Positions 54,601-64,000 of a stretch of DNA of 64,000 nucleotides are shown here, in pieces. Made by a program: the position numbers and the translations under genes. The stretch comes from the human T2T-CHM13v2.0 reference genome, Homo sapiens. A model generated the notes under the pieces. The model ran no database searches. It saw nothing but the letters and a program-made list of their open reading frames with translations, and was not told the DNA's origin. The first letter of the stretch is position 1. Each line of letters begins with the position of its first letter. The DNA lies in assembly GCF_009914755.1 (NCBI RefSeq), contig NC_060926.1; one strand, written 5' to 3'.

Positions 54601-55600
54601 ACGCACGGGTGTGCCAAGTTCAGCATCCTAAAGGAATAATATAACTTATGTGTCCCAAGACGTTGAGAGATATAACTGTGATAAATTGAACAATGTATAT
54701 GAAGAAACCCCACAGCAAGTATCTTACACGGAGTAGTAGGTCTTTAGAGATTGAGCCCTCTCCATGATAAATTTTTCGTGGTGATTATATTTTCAAAACA
54801 AATGATGTCAGATACTAAAGATTATAGCAAAGTAAGAGTGGTCTGATGACACTTTTGGTTAATGTGAATGAAGAGAATCATAACTTGGAACTCTTAATTC
54901 CAGTAATTTTGTATCTTTTGGAGAACCTCTTCTGTGCTTAAGTAGATGTTGGTTCTCTTGCCTGAAACAACACTGTCCCTGCATTGTGTTTTATGTTGTA
55001 TTTTATCATGTGTTACCCCTTTCTTTGTGGTGCAGTCACTGACCTTTCCCAAACTTGTTTTGCAGTGAGTTCTGCTTCATAGGAATACTCATTTTGGCTT
55101 TTAATACTATAGTGTTACTAACATTTTTTCTCTTATTAAATGATTTCATTTTTGGTTAATTATATCAAAAGCTTTGTGAGAACCTTACATTAATTTTGTA
55201 CCTTCTTTTTAAAAAATTTTAAAAATTCTTGTGGGTACATAGTAGGTGTATATATTTTTGGGTTACAGGAGATGTTCTGATACAGGCTTGTATCTTCTTT
55301 ATTGACTTTGAATGATCTTTGCATATAGTACCTTTTAATAGGCTATTTTAAAATAGCGTTGAAGTCTGATGAGATGTCAGTGGAAATGGAGTTTTACAGT
55401 GTATTGTCAGTTTGAAAAGATAATGTATTTCTTGTAACATTTTTGCAAGTTTTTTAGGGTTGTACATTATTTCTTAAAGTATTAGAATTGGTAACTAATT
55501 AAAATTTCTTTCCTTTGAAATTTTCAATTTTGCCATCCTGGGCAACATGGCAAAACCCTGTCTCTACAAAAAATACAGAAATTAGCCGGGCGTGCTGTCA

Positions 55601-55798
<198 letters not shown>

Positions 55799-55845
55799 TT
55801 AGACAGACTAAGGAAAAAGTAAGTACGTATAATTTCATTACCTAG

Positions 55846-56127
<282 letters not shown>

Positions 56128-56255
56128 TGAGCTCAGGCAATCCGCCCGCCTCGGCCTCCCAAAGTGCTGGGATTACAGGCATGAGCTACCATGCCTGGCC
56201 TCTTCTATTGTTTAATATATTTTTATAGAATTTGGATCATAGTGATGTGTTATGA

Positions 56256-56447
<192 letters not shown>

Positions 56448-56649
56448 TGAGTAGCTGGGATTACAGGTGCCTGCCACCGTGCCCAGTTATTTTTGTATTT
56501 TTAGTAGAGACAGGGTTTCACCAGGTTGGCCAGGCTGGTCTCGAACTCCTGACCTCAAGTGATCCGCCCGCCTCGGCCTCTTGAAGTGCTGGGATTACAG
56601 GTGTGAAGGCATTGCGCTTGGGTGTGTTTTTTCCTTTACAATATCATTT

Positions 56650-59890
<3,241 letters not shown>

Positions 59891-60099
59891 TGCCAGGCAC
59901 AGTGGTGTGCTCCTGTAGTCCTAGCCACTCAGGAGGATGGCTTGAGCCCCAGGCGTTGCCCTGGGCAACGTAACGAGACCCTGTCTCTAAAAAAACAAAC
60001 AAACAAAAAAAACCCCCAAAAAACTCCAGACCTTGTGATCCGCCCACCTCGGCCTCCCAAAGTGCTGAGATTACAGGCATGAGCCACCATGCCAGGCCG

Positions 60100-61503
<1,404 letters not shown>

Positions 61504-61716
61504 TCTAATAACTGTCCATGCTGTCTTTATGCTTATTGAGTTTTGCAAAAAATGACATCCAATAATTCATTTTTAAAAGTTTTGTTTTTGAACACTTTCA
61601 TTTTGCACTTACAGAAAAATTGCAAGAATAGAATGTTACAAAGAACTTCCCTATATACCCTTTACCCAGCTCTACTAGTTTTAAACATTTTACTACATTT
61701 GCTTATTATTCCCTTA

Positions 61717-61723
<7 letters not shown>

Positions 61724-61761
<38 letters not shown>
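61724..61761 (+). repeat. (TG)19 microsatellite ~340 nt upstream of exon 2
   Basis: Directly read. Confidence 0.95.
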
Positions 61762-61765
<4 letters not shown>

Positions 61766-62099
61766 CACATCATATTTTATTCTACTTGAGAGTTGGTTGC
61801 ATATATCATGCTCATTTTCCCTATACTGTTGCTGTGTTTATTTCTCAGAACAATGATGTTCTTTTATAATAGCAATTTGGTTGTCAAATTTTAATAATTT
61901 CACATTGATACTTTTATCTAATTTATGGTACATATTTGAATTTAATCCAGTTGGCCCAATAATGTTCTTTAGAGAAGTTTTTTCCAGTTTAAGATCCAAT
62001 TCAGGATAATATATTGTGTTTAGTCACTATGTAAACATTTATTTTTAATAGACCATTGGCCTGAAAATCTTAAGTGTTGAATTTTTGTTCTTTTAACAG

Positions 62100-62281
62100 C
62101 TAAACCAGGTGGACAGGTGAAATGTCAGTATATCTCTGCTGTGGATAAAGTTATATTTGTGGATGATTATGCAGTAGGGTGTAGGAAGGACCTTAATGGA
62201 ATCTTGTTGTTAGACACTGCTCTGCAAACTCCAGTTTCAAAGCAGGATGATGTGGTTCAGCTTGAATTACCCGTTACAGAG
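62100..62281 (+). CDS. BIRC6: BIRC6 coding exon 2 (182 nt)
   Basis: Pyrimidine-rich acceptor ...ttttgttcttttaacAG| (AG 62098-62099) and donor GAG|GTAAGT. With the leftover G from exon 1 it reads (A)KPGGQVKCQYISAVDKVIFVDDYAVGCRKDLNGILLLDTALQTPVSKQDDVVQLELPVTE with no stop; 325+182=507 nt=169 codons. Missed by the ORF track. Confidence 0.96.
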
Positions 62282-62489
62282 GTAAGTTGAAATAAGTATC
62301 AATGTGGTCCTCTACTTAATGTAATCTTAGACATATTAGATGTTAAATGAAATTAAGTCATCCTTTAAGGACGTTATTATATATATTGCTATAAAAACAA
62401 TTTACTTATTGACCACAACTTCATTTAAATATTAATACTCACCTTTTCTCTGCATAATTAATTCTTGTTGAAGTGGTGTTTTTAGGTGT

Positions 62490-62910
62490 GAATGGTGCAT
62501 CAGCACAGGTTAAACAGCTGTAACCGAGACCCAAAAAAACAATGGCTTAAACAGGATAGCTTGTTTCCAATAATAGTCCAGGGCTAAGTGTATGGCCATC
62601 ATTGCCAACCTCAACACTTGGGTTAGCTTGGGAGTTTAAGACAGCTGCTCTAGGTGTCATTATTTCCCAGTCACAGGGAAAGAGAGGGCAAGAGGCTAGA
62701 GGAGAGCACTCTGGCATCTCTCTCTTCTCTCCTTCCCTTTCCCTGTCCCTTAACCCCCAGCCCCCTCTCCTACTCATTTGTTCTTGTTCTCTTTCTGCCT
62801 TTCACAACTCAAATACTCTCTCATATAGCCTCATATTTACCCCATTAGACAGAATTTAGTCACATGACCACACCAAGCTGAGAGGGAGACTGGGAAAGAG
62901 GTGGTTCTTT
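62490..62910. mobile_element. Old MaLR (MLT1-type) LTR in intron 2
   Basis: aacaatggcttaaacaggatag...cagaatttagtcacatgaccacaccaagctg-agagggagactgggaaa. Confidence 0.6.
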
Positions 62911-62969
62911 CTTTCTTTTTTTTAATATTTTAAAATGAGAGAGGAATAGACTCTGGTAAAACAGCAGTA

Positions 62970-63278
<309 letters not shown>

Positions 63279-64000
63279 TAATTTTTGCTATGCATCATGT
63301 CTTTCAATAACTTGAGTTTTAAGTTTTAGCCATATATACTTTTCTGTAGTGTTAAATTTTCTTTACTTAATTTTTAAGTCTAGCCCAACTTAAATTCTTT
63401 TGTGTGGCTTCATATCCTGCAGTTTGAAAGTACATTTTTCATAATTACTGGATTTTGCATCACCTTAAATAGAATGTAAAAGATTATGTTGTGTTCTATA
63501 ATAAAGTGAGATATTATTTGTGTTCATGCTAACTTGTTATGAAAGTTATCAAAAAAGTATGTCCAATAAAGTATATTCACTTAGATTTTACATTTAGTGT
63601 CATATAACAGTAGTCTATTATATGTTAATATTGAAAGCATGTTGCTGAAAGTTTGAGTTCCAAAAACAGAGAAGCTGTCTTTTTCTCATCAGAGTATTTG
63701 GGTCTGGAGGCATGTCTAAAATCTTTGGATAGAGAATTAATTAGTTCTACTTGATTTGAACAAGTAGAAACTTTGAAAAACCATTTGAAAAAATTGAACA
63801 TTTTTCCCTAATTTAAGGAATATAAACCAGCTGATATCAGGATATATAATCAGCAGCAAAAAAACACTATCAAACTATGTTTAGGTTTAACAAACAATTA
63901 AAGAATTACAATAAAATACTTGAACACTTATTAACTCTCAAGTCAGTGTTTTTCCTACTACAGTGAAATGCTGTTTAGCTTCTATCCCTTCCTCCACCTA

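Overview
Primate (almost certainly human) genomic DNA containing the 5' end of BIRC6 (BRUCE/Apollon) on the + strand. The gene portion comprises a CpG-island promoter (~41.1-42.7 kb), coding exon 1 (ATG 41675 to GT donor after 41999), a ~20.1 kb intron 1 and coding exon 2 (62100-62281). The two exons splice in frame to give the first 169 codons. The remainder is extremely Alu-dense upstream and intronic sequence (on the order of 100 Alu copies or fragments by eye), with old L1, L2/MIR, ERV LTRs, hAT/Tigger DNA-transposon fossils and microsatellites. Nearly all ORFs in the supplied track are Alu/L1 translation artefacts. I found no evidence of a new multi-gene biological system. The best second-look items are small-scale: a BC200-derived retrocopy (435-594), a (CGGGG)n G-quadruplex-type expansion inside an AluY (19463-19507), two sites hit serially by Alus with chained target-site duplications (TSDs), a solo LTR inserted into an Alu, two alternative in-frame BIRC6 start codons, inverted Alus flanking exon 2, and template-switch hairpins. 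Repeat subfamily names come from recalled consensus sequences and need RepeatMasker/Dfam confirmation. Only a representative subset of Alus is listed.
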